Shown: positions 33,692 through 42,433 of the stretch, piece by piece
How the letters are laid out: each line of letters begins with the position of its first letter
How positions within the stretch are numbered: position 1 is the stretch's first letter
IMG/VR virus record: IMGVR_UViG_3300027782_000025
Span: 186,001-250,000 of that record
Length of the DNA: 64,000 nucleotides
Strand: one strand, 5' to 3'
The notes under the pieces: model-generated
Told to the model about the DNA's origin: nothing
The model's input: the letters and a program-made list of their open reading frames with translations, nothing else
Databases searched by the model: none
Position numbers and translations under genes: made by a program

Positions 33692-34404
33692 TTAAATCGA
33701 ATGCTATAATAATTCCAGCAAGATTAAAATCGACTAGGCTCAAGAAAAAATTACTTATCGAAGTTAAAGGCAAACCAATTATCCAATACACTATTGAGAA
33801 TGCTCTAGCGAGTAAGAAGAAAAATCGTATTATTGTAGCGACAGAGGATTTAGATATTAAAAGATTCGTCGATAGTCTCGGATATGATGTCGACTGTGTT
33901 CGGACACCCCAATTTAATAACGGCACGGAACGAGTGCGACACATATCAAAAGAATTACTTAATGGTTATGCTAGAGTGGTAAATCTTCAAGCTGATGAGC
34001 CATTGTTTAACGCAGATAGTATCGACGCCGTGTTTGGTGAAATAAGCAATGACATTGTCTTGACTAGCGCATACTCCTTTATTAAGAGTGAAGCTGAATA
34101 TAATGATCCGAATACCGTAAAAGTGGTATTAAACGTATTCGACATGGCGCTATATTTTAGTAGATCATCAATACCACACGGTGGTTTTACTTCAGCATGC
34201 AAACATATCGGCATATATGGTTACAAGAGAGACGTACTTGCTGATTTACCAACCAGTAGCAATTATCAAAAATCAGAAAATCTTGAACAATTGTCTTGGT
34301 TAGAGAACGGCTACGCTATAAAAATGGTTAGAATCAATTATGAGACAATAGGTATTGACACGCCAGAAAATATCGAAGCTTTTAAGGCTACTCTTGAGAA
34401 GTAA
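33688..34404 (+). CDS. kdsB: 3-deoxy-manno-octulosonate cytidylyltransferase (CMP-Kdo synthetase family)
   Basis: IIPARLKSTRL..K.L..V.GKPII, NGTERV, VNLQADEP, VKVV, LYFSRSSIP, KHIGIYGY, LEQL, GIDTPE. Confidence 0.88.
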   Translation: MIKSNAIIIPARLKSTRLKKKLLIEVKGKPIIQYTIENALASKKKNRIIVATEDLDIKRFVDSLGYDVDCVRTPQFNNGTERVRHISKELLNGYARVVNLQADEPLFNADSIDAVFGEISNDIVLTSAYSFIKSEAEYNDPNTVKVVLNVFDMALYFSRSSIPHGGFTSACKHIGIYGYKRDVLADLPTSSNYQKSENLEQLSWLENGYAIKMVRINYETIGIDTPENIEAFKATLEK

Positions 34405-34798
34405 GCGTATCGCTGTCCGACGGCATACTTTCAAGATAATAAGCAAATTCATCCTTATTTTCGACCTTGCGAAGATATTCAAACTCGCCCTTCCTTCTTA
34501 GATAATTTCCGAACCTCATAATCATCGTCGAAAATGTTTTGAATCTAGAAGGAATATATTGCGAAAGATCGGTTTTTGATAATCTGCAATTATTATCTTT
34601 AAATAATTTATAAATGAAATCATTATCGACATCTTTTTCTTTTTTCTTGTCTTCAACAGCGCCGGCTAAATCTTTAATGTCTTGAATTGTGTCCTTTAGG
34701 ATTTCGCCGGCTTTACCGGTTAGATGTAAAGCATTTTCTGTCGCTAATTCATCTATATTAATATTTAGATCAATGTCGATGATAGTGTACTTAGTCAT
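34388..34798 (-). CDS. Hypothetical protein
   Basis: 136-aa ORF with AAAGGA RBS; overlaps kdsB tail-to-tail. Confidence 0.65.
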   Translation of the reverse strand: MTKYTIIDIDLNINIDELATENALHLTGKAGEILKDTIQDIKDLAGAVEDKKKEKDVDNDFIYKLFKDNNCRLSKTDLSQYIPSRFKTFSTMIMRFGNYLRRKGEFEYLRKVENKDEFAYYLESMPSDSDTLTSQE

Positions 34799-34809
34799 GG
34801 AGGTCCTTT
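34799..34809. promoter_or_regulatory. 11-bp spacer holding ribosome-binding sites for two divergent genes
   Basis: GGAGGTCCTTT: GGAGG 6 nt before ATG34810 (+), and AAAGGA 5 nt before ATG34798 (-). Confidence 0.55.
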
Positions 34810-35610
34810 ATGAAATGTTTTTTATGTACCAGCGATGCTTTCGATAATTCTCAATTAACAATACAGATGGAAGACGGCAAGAAAGTCGATATCTATCTAT
34901 GCGAAGTACATTCTGAATCCTCTATTAAACAGCTTAAGGAAGCCTATGTCCAAAAGAAAGTAGATTTAGATAATTTAATAAAACAAGCCAAAGAGCTAGG
35001 ATATAGTATAGATCTGGACAGTCTCTTGAATCCATCTAGCAGATCTATCCTGACGGCCACGGAGATACACGTAGCACCAGAAGTTTTACAGATTCCTATT
35101 AAACCGGCTACCCAGCCTGCTAAAGTACAAATTAGGCAAGAAATAATAACGGAAGACGACGAAAACATGATTCCGACCGAAATTATAGACAAAAAGGTAA
35201 TGCGGTCAGTCGGTGGTAATACTGAAATGGGTAATGTGTCGGCGCATCAATCTTATGATTTTAATAGTCTCGGAGACAAGCTGCCAGAAAACGCTAGAAT
35301 TGGTAAAGTAAAAATGGCTATGGTCGAAGGGCGCGGTGGCCAGCCCATCGCCATACCACAGAAGCGGGTTGATGGGCTTGGCGAAACGCATATCATGATA
35401 AATAAAGCAGAAAACGATGATAAGTTACAAGCACGATTTAAAAAGATGGCTCAGGAGAGCAAATCAGATAAATTCGCTAACTTCTCCCAGAATGGATATG
35501 CAGACACGACTAGACCTTGTCCGATTTGCAGGGGCAGTGGGTTGGTTAGGAACGGTAAAAATGAATCAAGTTGTCCAAAATGCGCTGGCGGTGGTATGAT
35601 ATCTATCTAA
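34810..35610 (+). CDS. Zinc-binding protein with C-terminal DnaJ-type CxxCxGxG motifs
   Basis: N-terminal CFLC...CEVH; C-terminal CPICRGSG and CPKCAGGG. Confidence 0.6.
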   Translation: MKCFLCTSDAFDNSQLTIQMEDGKKVDIYLCEVHSESSIKQLKEAYVQKKVDLDNLIKQAKELGYSIDLDSLLNPSSRSILTATEIHVAPEVLQIPIKPATQPAKVQIRQEIITEDDENMIPTEIIDKKVMRSVGGNTEMGNVSAHQSYDFNSLGDKLPENARIGKVKMAMVEGRGGQPIAIPQKRVDGLGETHIMINKAENDDKLQARFKKMAQESKSDKFANFSQNGYADTTRPCPICRGSGLVRNGKNESSCPKCAGGGMISI

Positions 35611-35824
35611 TAGTATAAGGTCTATTACCCATACCAAAGAATTGGCGGTGTCTTTCACTTACTGGCACCCCTGTTGAATATGAAGTATCACCCTTCTGAC
35701 TATTTCCCATATCAAAACCAGACGAAGGATTAAACCCTGAAGGCTGTCGCCCAGAATTAAAATAATTCTCGCTGTTTAAGACTTCACGCATTTTTTGCCC
35801 TAGAAAGCCTTCATTCAAATTCAT
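35603..35824 (-). CDS. Hypothetical protein (possible capsid-internal protein)
   Basis: 73-aa ORF coupled to the upstream minus-strand gene; N-terminus MNLNE-G. Confidence 0.45.
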   Translation of the reverse strand: MNLNEGFLGQKMREVLNSENYFNSGRQPSGFNPSSGFDMGNSQKGDTSYSTGVPVSERHRQFFGMGNRPYTIR

Positions 35825-36329
35825 CGTGTATATCCTTTACATTTTTCTTGTTAAGGTCGGTCTTGATGATGTCGAATTCAGAAGCTTGTTCTGGCTGCGA
35901 TACCTCTTTAATACCATCCATATCAGAATTTAATCCTGAGTCCTGCTCTGCCCAAGCATCGCGACCATCTCTTAACTCTTCTAATAATTTGTCTGCTAGA
36001 TCTAGAGCTTTTGCGATTTCAGAGGAATCAATAGCTTGGGCTGTAAGCTCTTTTTCCATAGCGCTATTAAATGTAGTTGATCCAAAATTCTTATAACTAT
36101 GCGCCTTATTAAAAGCCTGCAATATGGGCCCTATATAAATTAATTTAGCGTTAAACAATTTGTCTCGATATTTGGAATAAATATCATTATGAATAAATTC
36201 TAAGCCATTTACACGCTCTAGATCATTAAGATCATCTTTATCATGACCTTTGAGGCCTAATTGGGCATCTTGATTCAGGTAAATATCAAGTGCTTCTAAA
36301 AAAGTCTTTTGTTTCTTATTAAGGCTCAT
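35811..36329 (-). CDS. Hypothetical acidic protein (possible capsid-internal protein)
   Basis: GAGG RBS before ATG36329; N-terminus MSLNKKQKTFLE-A. Confidence 0.6.
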   Translation of the reverse strand: MSLNKKQKTFLEALDIYLNQDAQLGLKGHDKDDLNDLERVNGLEFIHNDIYSKYRDKLFNAKLIYIGPILQAFNKAHSYKNFGSTTFNSAMEKELTAQAIDSSEIAKALDLADKLLEELRDGRDAWAEQDSGLNSDMDGIKEVSQPEQASEFDIIKTDLNKKNVKDIHDEFE

Positions 36330-36359
36330 ATTCATTCCTCACTTAAATTTTAAATTTGA

Positions 36360-36701
36360 TTGTCATATATTGGTATTTATCTGATGGAAAACGAAGAAAG
36401 AATTAGCAGATTCGATCAGGTTACTATTAATACTACCCGTAGAGTAAGTTATCTATCTGCACCTGAGGGTCAACAGCTTAATCCGAATGGTATGTGGATG
36501 GTAGCTGCAGCTATAGGAAATGAATTATTATTAACTAAAGAATCAATAGTAATACGGATACCTGCGGCAGATGTTAAGAAAGTATTAGATTATCATAGGA
36601 CATTTACAAACATCTTAGACTCTTTAGGAAAGTTTAACAATTATGAAAGCAGAAAAGAAAGACCCACCGAAGACCCTCCAAGACCTGATGAAGAGGATTG
36701 A
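36360..36701 (+). CDS. Hypothetical protein
   Basis: ORF overlapping the recA start (ATG at 36384 possible). Confidence 0.5.
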   Translation: MSYIGIYLMENEERISRFDQVTINTTRRVSYLSAPEGQQLNPNGMWMVAAAIGNELLLTKESIVIRIPAADVKKVLDYHRTFTNILDSLGKFNNYESRKERPTEDPPRPDEED

Positions 36702-37755
36702 TAAGGACTTCGGCCCAGGGACAATCATGCGTGGCAGAAGCAGCATAGTTAATGTTAGCATAGTCCCGACTGGAATCCCCTCTATCGACAAGGCATTAGG
36801 AGCTGGTGGTGTGCCTATCGGCCGTACTTTGGAAATATTCGGGCCAGAAAGTAGCGGAAAGACAACTACATGCCTACACATCGCCTCTGCATTCCAGAAG
36901 CATTATTTCAAGGGTAAGGAACGTGATGGTGTTGTAGCATATATCGATGCTGAACATGCCCTAGATATAGAATGGGCGAGAAGATTAGGAGTCAATACGG
37001 AAACACTTTGTATTTCTCAACCAGATAGTGGTGAAGATGCGTTTCGACTTATAGAAGTGTTGGTAGAGTCTGGCCAAGTTGATCTAGTCGTGGTTGATTC
37101 CGTGGCTGCACTTATACCTAAGGCTATATTAGAAGAGGATATCGGTAAAGCCACCATGGGTGCTCTAGCCCAACTCATGTCTAAAGCATTAAGCAAATTA
37201 AAGGGCAAATGCAATAATAGCGGCACCACTTTAGTATTCGTTAATCAGCTTAGAGAGAAGGTCGGTATGGTTTTTGGAAACCCAGAAGTGACACCTGGCG
37301 GCCGTGCACTTAAATATTATGCTTCGGTGAGAGCAGAAATCAAACGCAGCACCGCTATAAAATCTTCTGATGACACTGTTATCGGACATCACACTACTAT
37401 GAAAATAGTTAAAAACAAAGTCGCAGCTCCTTTTAGAGTCGCTGAGTTCGACATATTCTATGGCACAAAATCATACCCGATTGCAGGTATTGATGCAGTT
37501 TCGTCCCTTTTAGATGTCGGCCTTGATGTCGGCGTTATATCTAAGAGCGGATCATTCTTTAATTATGATGGTAAAAGTTTGGGCAATGGTGCTCAAAACG
37601 CTTCTAAAGCCTTAAGGAATGATGACGTTCTGTTTAAAAAGATAAAAGATGAAATATACTTAAAGGCCTTCGGCCCTGATTTCGGCCAAGTAAAGGTCGA
37701 TGATGATTTAGAAGACAAATACCTTGATGATGAGGAAGACCCAAATGGCAAATAG
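36643..37755 (+). CDS. recA: Recombinase RecA
   Basis: IFGPESSGKTT Walker A, YIDAEHALD, SQPDSGE, VVVDSVAAL, FVNQLREK, TPGGRALKYYAS, KNKVAAPF. Confidence 0.97.
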   Translation: MKAEKKDPPKTLQDLMKRIDKDFGPGTIMRGRSSIVNVSIVPTGIPSIDKALGAGGVPIGRTLEIFGPESSGKTTTCLHIASAFQKHYFKGKERDGVVAYIDAEHALDIEWARRLGVNTETLCISQPDSGEDAFRLIEVLVESGQVDLVVVDSVAALIPKAILEEDIGKATMGALAQLMSKALSKLKGKCNNSGTTLVFVNQLREKVGMVFGNPEVTPGGRALKYYASVRAEIKRSTAIKSSDDTVIGHHTTMKIVKNKVAAPFRVAEFDIFYGTKSYPIAGIDAVSSLLDVGLDVGVISKSGSFFNYDGKSLGNGAQNASKALRNDDVLFKKIKDEIYLKAFGPDFGQVKVDDDLEDKYLDDEEDPNGK

Positions 37756-38077
37756 TCCAAAGTATGATGTAAATGACATAGTTTATTTTAAAGCCTCTGC
37801 TGCTAGAGGCTTTATAGAACCGGTAAAAATAGGTATCGTTGCAAAAATCGATACTACTTGGGTGTATGGTCTAAAATATAAGACCGCTGAGCCTAGCGCG
37901 CCTAGAGTTTTTGGCGACAGAATAAACTTCGGAAACCTTGGGGCCCAACAGGTATACTACACTGAGGACGAATTCCAAACGTATTGTGAAGCTTTAGGGG
38001 TCGCTGAAAAATACTTGACTGGCCAATTAACAGCGATTCAAACACTTATCGCCGCAAGTTGCGGAGTCACGGGCTGA
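37724..38077 (+). CDS. Hypothetical protein
   Basis: ORF between recA and the helicase (ATG at 37745 likely). Confidence 0.55.
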   Translation: MMMRKTQMANSPKYDVNDIVYFKASAARGFIEPVKIGIVAKIDTTWVYGLKYKTAEPSAPRVFGDRINFGNLGAQQVYYTEDEFQTYCEALGVAEKYLTGQLTAIQTLIAASCGVTG

Positions 38078-38080
38078 TAA

Positions 38081-39421
38081 ATGACACAAATCGTTTCTTA
38101 TGATGCTGGCAACATAAATGATAATGAAGATGAAAAACCATTTGGAAAATACCAAGAAGAAGCGATAATTTCATTAGCTCTTGATCACCCAGAATTCTTC
38201 TCCAACGTCGGAAGATACCTTAAGCCAGACATGTTTGGTCGAACCGAATGCAAGTATGTTATGGCTGTTCTTCTTAATTATTACGAAAAATTTAACATTA
38301 TCCCCACTAGGCCACTGCTTAGAGATATAGTCGAAAAACAATTAACGTCTGATCAGCCTTTTGAGATAGTGTTCAAATTACTTGATAGGAAATCAGACCC
38401 CAGAGAAGTTCCGATCATCAAAGACACTTTAATGAAGTGGGCCAAAAATCGAGCATATGGTTTAATTTATAGCGAAGAAGCTATACAAGCTTATGAATCA
38501 GGTCGTTTTGAAGAATTAGAGAAAATAGTCTCAGAGGCAAATAAGGTAACAGACATAGGTGAAGGTGGCTTTTGGCTGCTAGAACAGTTTGAAAAATTAT
38601 TCCAATCAGACGCCATAGATCATAGAACTACGGGATTTCCGAGACTTGATCGAATCCTTAATAATGGCGGACCATCACCAAAAGAAGTGTTATGTTGGTT
38701 AGCGCCGACAAACACCGGTAAATCGATATTGTTGGTTAATAATGCGATTTCATCTCTTAAAGGCGCTAATAATGATGGGACAAATGGTCAGGACGTACTC
38801 CTTGTTACCTTTGAGCTAGACACTATTAAAACCGCTCTAAGATGCCTTTCGGCTACGACAGGTATACCTCAAGATCAAGTAGCTAATAATCAAGATTACA
38901 TTAGAAGAGTCATTAACACTATCAAAGACACCTATAATAAAAAGCTATTAATATATGAATTTCCCCCTGACGAATGTAGCGTGGATCATATATATGCTTT
39001 AATAGATAATCTTAAACGAAAAGAAGGATGGCGACCAGACGTTGTTGTGGTTGATTATCTTGATTTAATGGTCAGTCGTAATGCAGCATATAACAAGGAT
39101 GATTATACCAGACAGAAGCATATCGCTACTGAGCTACGTGGTTTAGCTAAAAACGAAAACGTATTAGTCTTTACTGCTACCCAAACCAATCGTAGCGGTG
39201 GGGAAGGGTCGGAACCAATCGATCTATCAAAAACCGCCGAAAGCTATGGTAAGCAATTTGCACTTGACTATGTAATTAGTTTAAACCAATCTATCGAGGA
39301 TAAGTTGGAAAAACCGCCTAGGATTAGGTTTTATGTCGCTAAAAATAGAAATGGTCCTAAAAATGAATTAATCACCTGTGAGATTAATTATGACACTATG
39401 GTAGTTAAGGAGATGGCCTGA
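38081..39421 (+). CDS. dnaB: Replicative DNA helicase, DnaB/T4 gp41 family
   Basis: LAPTNTGKS Walker A, VTFEL, VVVDYLDLM Walker B, TATQTNR, KNRNG. Confidence 0.9.
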   Translation: MTQIVSYDAGNINDNEDEKPFGKYQEEAIISLALDHPEFFSNVGRYLKPDMFGRTECKYVMAVLLNYYEKFNIIPTRPLLRDIVEKQLTSDQPFEIVFKLLDRKSDPREVPIIKDTLMKWAKNRAYGLIYSEEAIQAYESGRFEELEKIVSEANKVTDIGEGGFWLLEQFEKLFQSDAIDHRTTGFPRLDRILNNGGPSPKEVLCWLAPTNTGKSILLVNNAISSLKGANNDGTNGQDVLLVTFELDTIKTALRCLSATTGIPQDQVANNQDYIRRVINTIKDTYNKKLLIYEFPPDECSVDHIYALIDNLKRKEGWRPDVVVVDYLDLMVSRNAAYNKDDYTRQKHIATELRGLAKNENVLVFTATQTNRSGGEGSEPIDLSKTAESYGKQFALDYVISLNQSIEDKLEKPPRIRFYVAKNRNGPKNELITCEINYDTMVVKEMA

Positions 39422-39630
39422 TGAAGATGCGCATCATAATTGATGTCAATGTTTCGAAAACATTGGCGCAAACGATGGAAAGGAATGGCTTTAATGTTAT
39501 TCCAGAGGGAACTGGGTTAGGGATAAGAATTCCAAATAGTCCTGCGATCACCAAGAGCAAAAGCAAAATAACGTTTACAGAGATTTTTACAGAGATTACA
39601 GATGAACCAAGTACAAAGGAGATAAGATGA
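39421..39630 (+). CDS. Hypothetical protein
   Basis: 69-aa ORF coupled to both neighbours; ends in an AGGAG RBS for groES. Confidence 0.55.
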   Translation: MKMRIIIDVNVSKTLAQTMERNGFNVIPEGTGLGIRIPNSPAITKSKSKITFTEIFTEITDEPSTKEIR

Positions 39631-40064
39631 TACCGAAGACTGCTAAGCTAATAAAAGAAGAAACCGCATCAAACACCAAGGCCAACGTCGATGAGCCTAA
39701 AGTATGCTCAAAAGCCAAGAAATGCTGCGATAGCGAGCCAGAAAATTACCAAGAAATAGAAATACGTGAAATCAAATGCCTTAATGATTTCGTTGCTATA
39801 TTGAGATTCGAAGAAGAATCGGTAATCGAAATACCCGATCATCAACGTCTTAAAAATGAAGGTATGGTTATTGGCGTTGGGCCTGGTGTCCCTCCAACTA
39901 TAAATGCACAAGTTATAATAGGCGATGTTGTAGCTTTTATGCCGCGTAATATAATCACCGAGATTAAAGGTACAAAATACCCCTACGAAGGCAAGACTAT
40001 TACCATCGTTTCAGAACGCAATATTATTATGACATTAGATCCAATCATCCACAGGTTCGTATAA
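39627..40064 (+). CDS. groES: Co-chaperonin GroES (Cpn10)
   Basis: IKCLNDFVAI...EGMVIGVGPG...IGDVVAF...Y.G....IVSERNII pattern, with an N-terminal extension. Confidence 0.75.
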   Translation: MIPKTAKLIKEETASNTKANVDEPKVCSKAKKCCDSEPENYQEIEIREIKCLNDFVAILRFEEESVIEIPDHQRLKNEGMVIGVGPGVPPTINAQVIIGDVVAFMPRNIITEIKGTKYPYEGKTITIVSERNIIMTLDPIIHRFV

Positions 40065-40471
40065 TGCCAGAATACATTTATAGATGCGTTCCATGTGAAG
40101 AAAAGCTAGCTGAAGATAATTCTAGTGTCGATGCTGATACGTATGATGCTCAAGTTCTTTTTGAGACAAGTCATAGCATGTCAGCTGCTGGTAAAGAATT
40201 ATCTGAAGCCCTAAAATGTCCACGCTGCGGCGCATCAAGGGCAGAAAGGTTCTATGGTTATGATAATATCATATCATATGTCAGAGGCAATGGTTATTTA
40301 GATCGCGCTGGCGCTAGAAGAGACATGCATAAGCATACATTAGTTAATAATGACCCATACGGTCATATGCGCCAGCCAGGAGAAGTCGAAGATTTAAAGA
40401 TCAAGCTAGACCAAGCAGGAAAACACGACCCGAAACCTAGGCATTTCGTAATGGGCGCAAAAACGACATAA
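40064..40471 (+). CDS. FmdB-family zinc-ribbon protein
   Basis: MPEYIYRCVPC...HSM...CPRCG. Confidence 0.75.
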   Translation: MPEYIYRCVPCEEKLAEDNSSVDADTYDAQVLFETSHSMSAAGKELSEALKCPRCGASRAERFYGYDNIISYVRGNGYLDRAGARRDMHKHTLVNNDPYGHMRQPGEVEDLKIKLDQAGKHDPKPRHFVMGAKTT

Positions 40472-40485
40472 TGTATTGATTCATT

Positions 40486-41685
40486 ATGAAGCCAATTCTA
40501 TTCGCTATCAAAAGAGGAAGACAAGTCGCATATCCAGCCATCATAGGTATTAAACGCGACCAAAAGATTTACAAGCAAATCCTTTTTGATAATAGCAACG
40601 CAAAATCTATAAGCGATATAAGGATTGACCAGTCCAAGATAAAAGCATTATTCGACCATGCGGTTAGCACCAGATGCGCGATAGTCACCAACGATCGCGC
40701 ATCACTGATCGCCGCTATGGGTTATAACAATAGAGCTATCGCCGACAACATCTTCGATCATAACGAAATAATTCATGAAACAAGTGCCCTCGATGAATTT
40801 TTAGCATCAACAGATGCTTCCGTTCAAGAACCATATAAAAAGCTATTGTTTGACGCTGGGTGCGTTTATGATAAACTCTCTGACTTGCCAATTTATGTAA
40901 ATTACACTCCTCTTAAGTCATCTTGGTCACATGACACATTTACTGGCAGGAGCAAGTGCACAGGTTTTAATATTCAAGGCTATAACATGCCTGATTTTAT
41001 CACAAGGGACGGGATCTTCGAAGATAAAGTATTACTGCATTTCGACTGGATCTGCGCTGATCTAAGAATAGCATCAGTTGTATCAGGAGATGATGAATTA
41101 GAATCAGCTTTTAGGCATGGTGATCCATACGAGTATCTTTTTGATCGCGCAGGGGACATGTTTACTGATCGCAAGGATAGCAAAATAGCTCTACTTAAGG
41201 CAATAAATTCTCTGAATTTTGATAGTAGCATATTTGATATATGCTATGGAGATCTTAGAACTTGGCTTATAGAGTGCGCCCATAAGCTTACTGAGAGTGA
41301 ACCCTTGGAGACATTGCTGGGCCGTAAATTTATTATCCCAAAGGAAAAGACCATATTATCAGGTATTAATGGTGTTCTGCAAGGATCTATAGCCCATGCT
41401 ATGCAGAACACCATTACGAAAGTTAATGCTTTATTTCCAAGACATATTATATGTGACATCCATGATTCTCTAGTAATGTCTTGTGAAAACGACCGAAGTA
41501 GCATACAATATATGATAAATAGTGTAAAATCGATAATGTCGAAACCGCTTGAAGGGCTGATAGATAGGGATATATATTTTCCGTTAAGATACGGCATTGG
41601 CAAGAAATGGCGAGAATATAAATATAGTAATATACAGAGGGAACATGAACAACAAGAAACTGCAGAAGATACGTCAGAGGGCTAA
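40486..41685 (+). CDS. Minimal family-A DNA polymerase-like protein
   Basis: TGRS, motif A FDWICADLRIA, ETLLGR, NGVLQGSIAH, motif C DIHDSLV, GIGKKW. Motif B is degenerate and no exonuclease domain is evident. Confidence 0.7.
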   Translation: MKPILFAIKRGRQVAYPAIIGIKRDQKIYKQILFDNSNAKSISDIRIDQSKIKALFDHAVSTRCAIVTNDRASLIAAMGYNNRAIADNIFDHNEIIHETSALDEFLASTDASVQEPYKKLLFDAGCVYDKLSDLPIYVNYTPLKSSWSHDTFTGRSKCTGFNIQGYNMPDFITRDGIFEDKVLLHFDWICADLRIASVVSGDDELESAFRHGDPYEYLFDRAGDMFTDRKDSKIALLKAINSLNFDSSIFDICYGDLRTWLIECAHKLTESEPLETLLGRKFIIPKEKTILSGINGVLQGSIAHAMQNTITKVNALFPRHIICDIHDSLVMSCENDRSSIQYMINSVKSIMSKPLEGLIDRDIYFPLRYGIGKKWREYKYSNIQREHEQQETAEDTSEG

Positions 41686-41926
41686 AGAAAAGTCTCTTTT
41701 ACGAGCAAAACGCAAGATCGAAGCGGAGCGTCGATTTCAAGAAGGGCGCAAAGAACATATAAGAAAAACGATCAGGAATAGTATCGTCAATGAGATCACC
41801 AATAAATCATTTAGTAAAAGTAATTGGTCTGGAGATAAATCATCTAATAATGATGATGTATTATCAAAGCATAGGACGGTAGGTTTTAACAAGGAATTAT
41901 TCAACGATGGAAAACGAGAACCGTGA
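41645..41926 (+). CDS. Small basic hypothetical protein
   Basis: Lys/Arg-rich ORF; ATG41645 preceded by AGAGGG. Confidence 0.5.
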   Translation: MNNKKLQKIRQRAKEKSLLRAKRKIEAERRFQEGRKEHIRKTIRNSIVNEITNKSFSKSNWSGDKSSNNDDVLSKHRTVGFNKELFNDGKREP

Positions 41927-42425
41927 TTGGGTACTGGCAAATGTACCCCGCGAGCTTATTAATTCATCATTGTTTAAATTCAATGTGAAGCTACAAGTCA
42001 TAGAAAGGCTAGATGACAGCAACAAGCCAGTCTATAAAGTGATCACTGTCGACATGTTGGCAAATGTCGACATCGATTATGAGACTCTCGAAGAGAATAT
42101 CTGTGATATTCCAGCCCAATTCGCTTTCTGGTCTGCTGTGTATTCAGAAGTTAGATTGGGTGTGGCGATTGCTGAACGTAAACTCAAAGTAAGGAGGGCA
42201 GAAGCGACAAAAGCGGTTCTGGAAGAAGCCAGGACAAATAATGTAAAATTGACTGTTGATCAGATTAAAAGTATCGTTGAAGCCGATACATTATTAACCA
42301 AAGCTGAGATCTCGTATAGTGAAATACAGATGAAAGCCGGTAAGCTGTATAACATGGTCGAAGCTATAAAAATGAAAGCCGAATTGGCAAGAACACTGGC
42401 TGGTTTTAAAAAATTAGAAAGATAA
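41907..42425 (+). CDS. uvsY: UvsY-like recombination mediator
   Basis: Helical protein with T.D.IKS.VEAD... and EAIKMK segments, immediately upstream of the gp32-like SSB. Confidence 0.55.
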   Translation: MENENRDWVLANVPRELINSSLFKFNVKLQVIERLDDSNKPVYKVITVDMLANVDIDYETLEENICDIPAQFAFWSAVYSEVRLGVAIAERKLKVRRAEATKAVLEEARTNNVKLTVDQIKSIVEADTLLTKAEISYSEIQMKAGKLYNMVEAIKMKAELARTLAGFKKLER

Positions 42426-42433
42426 GGTGCAAT

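Noticed and set aside
37017-37229. Minus-strand ORFs antisense to recA, gp32, polA, kdsB and gmd
   Set aside because: Fully antisense to strongly supported conserved genes, with no motifs or RBS.
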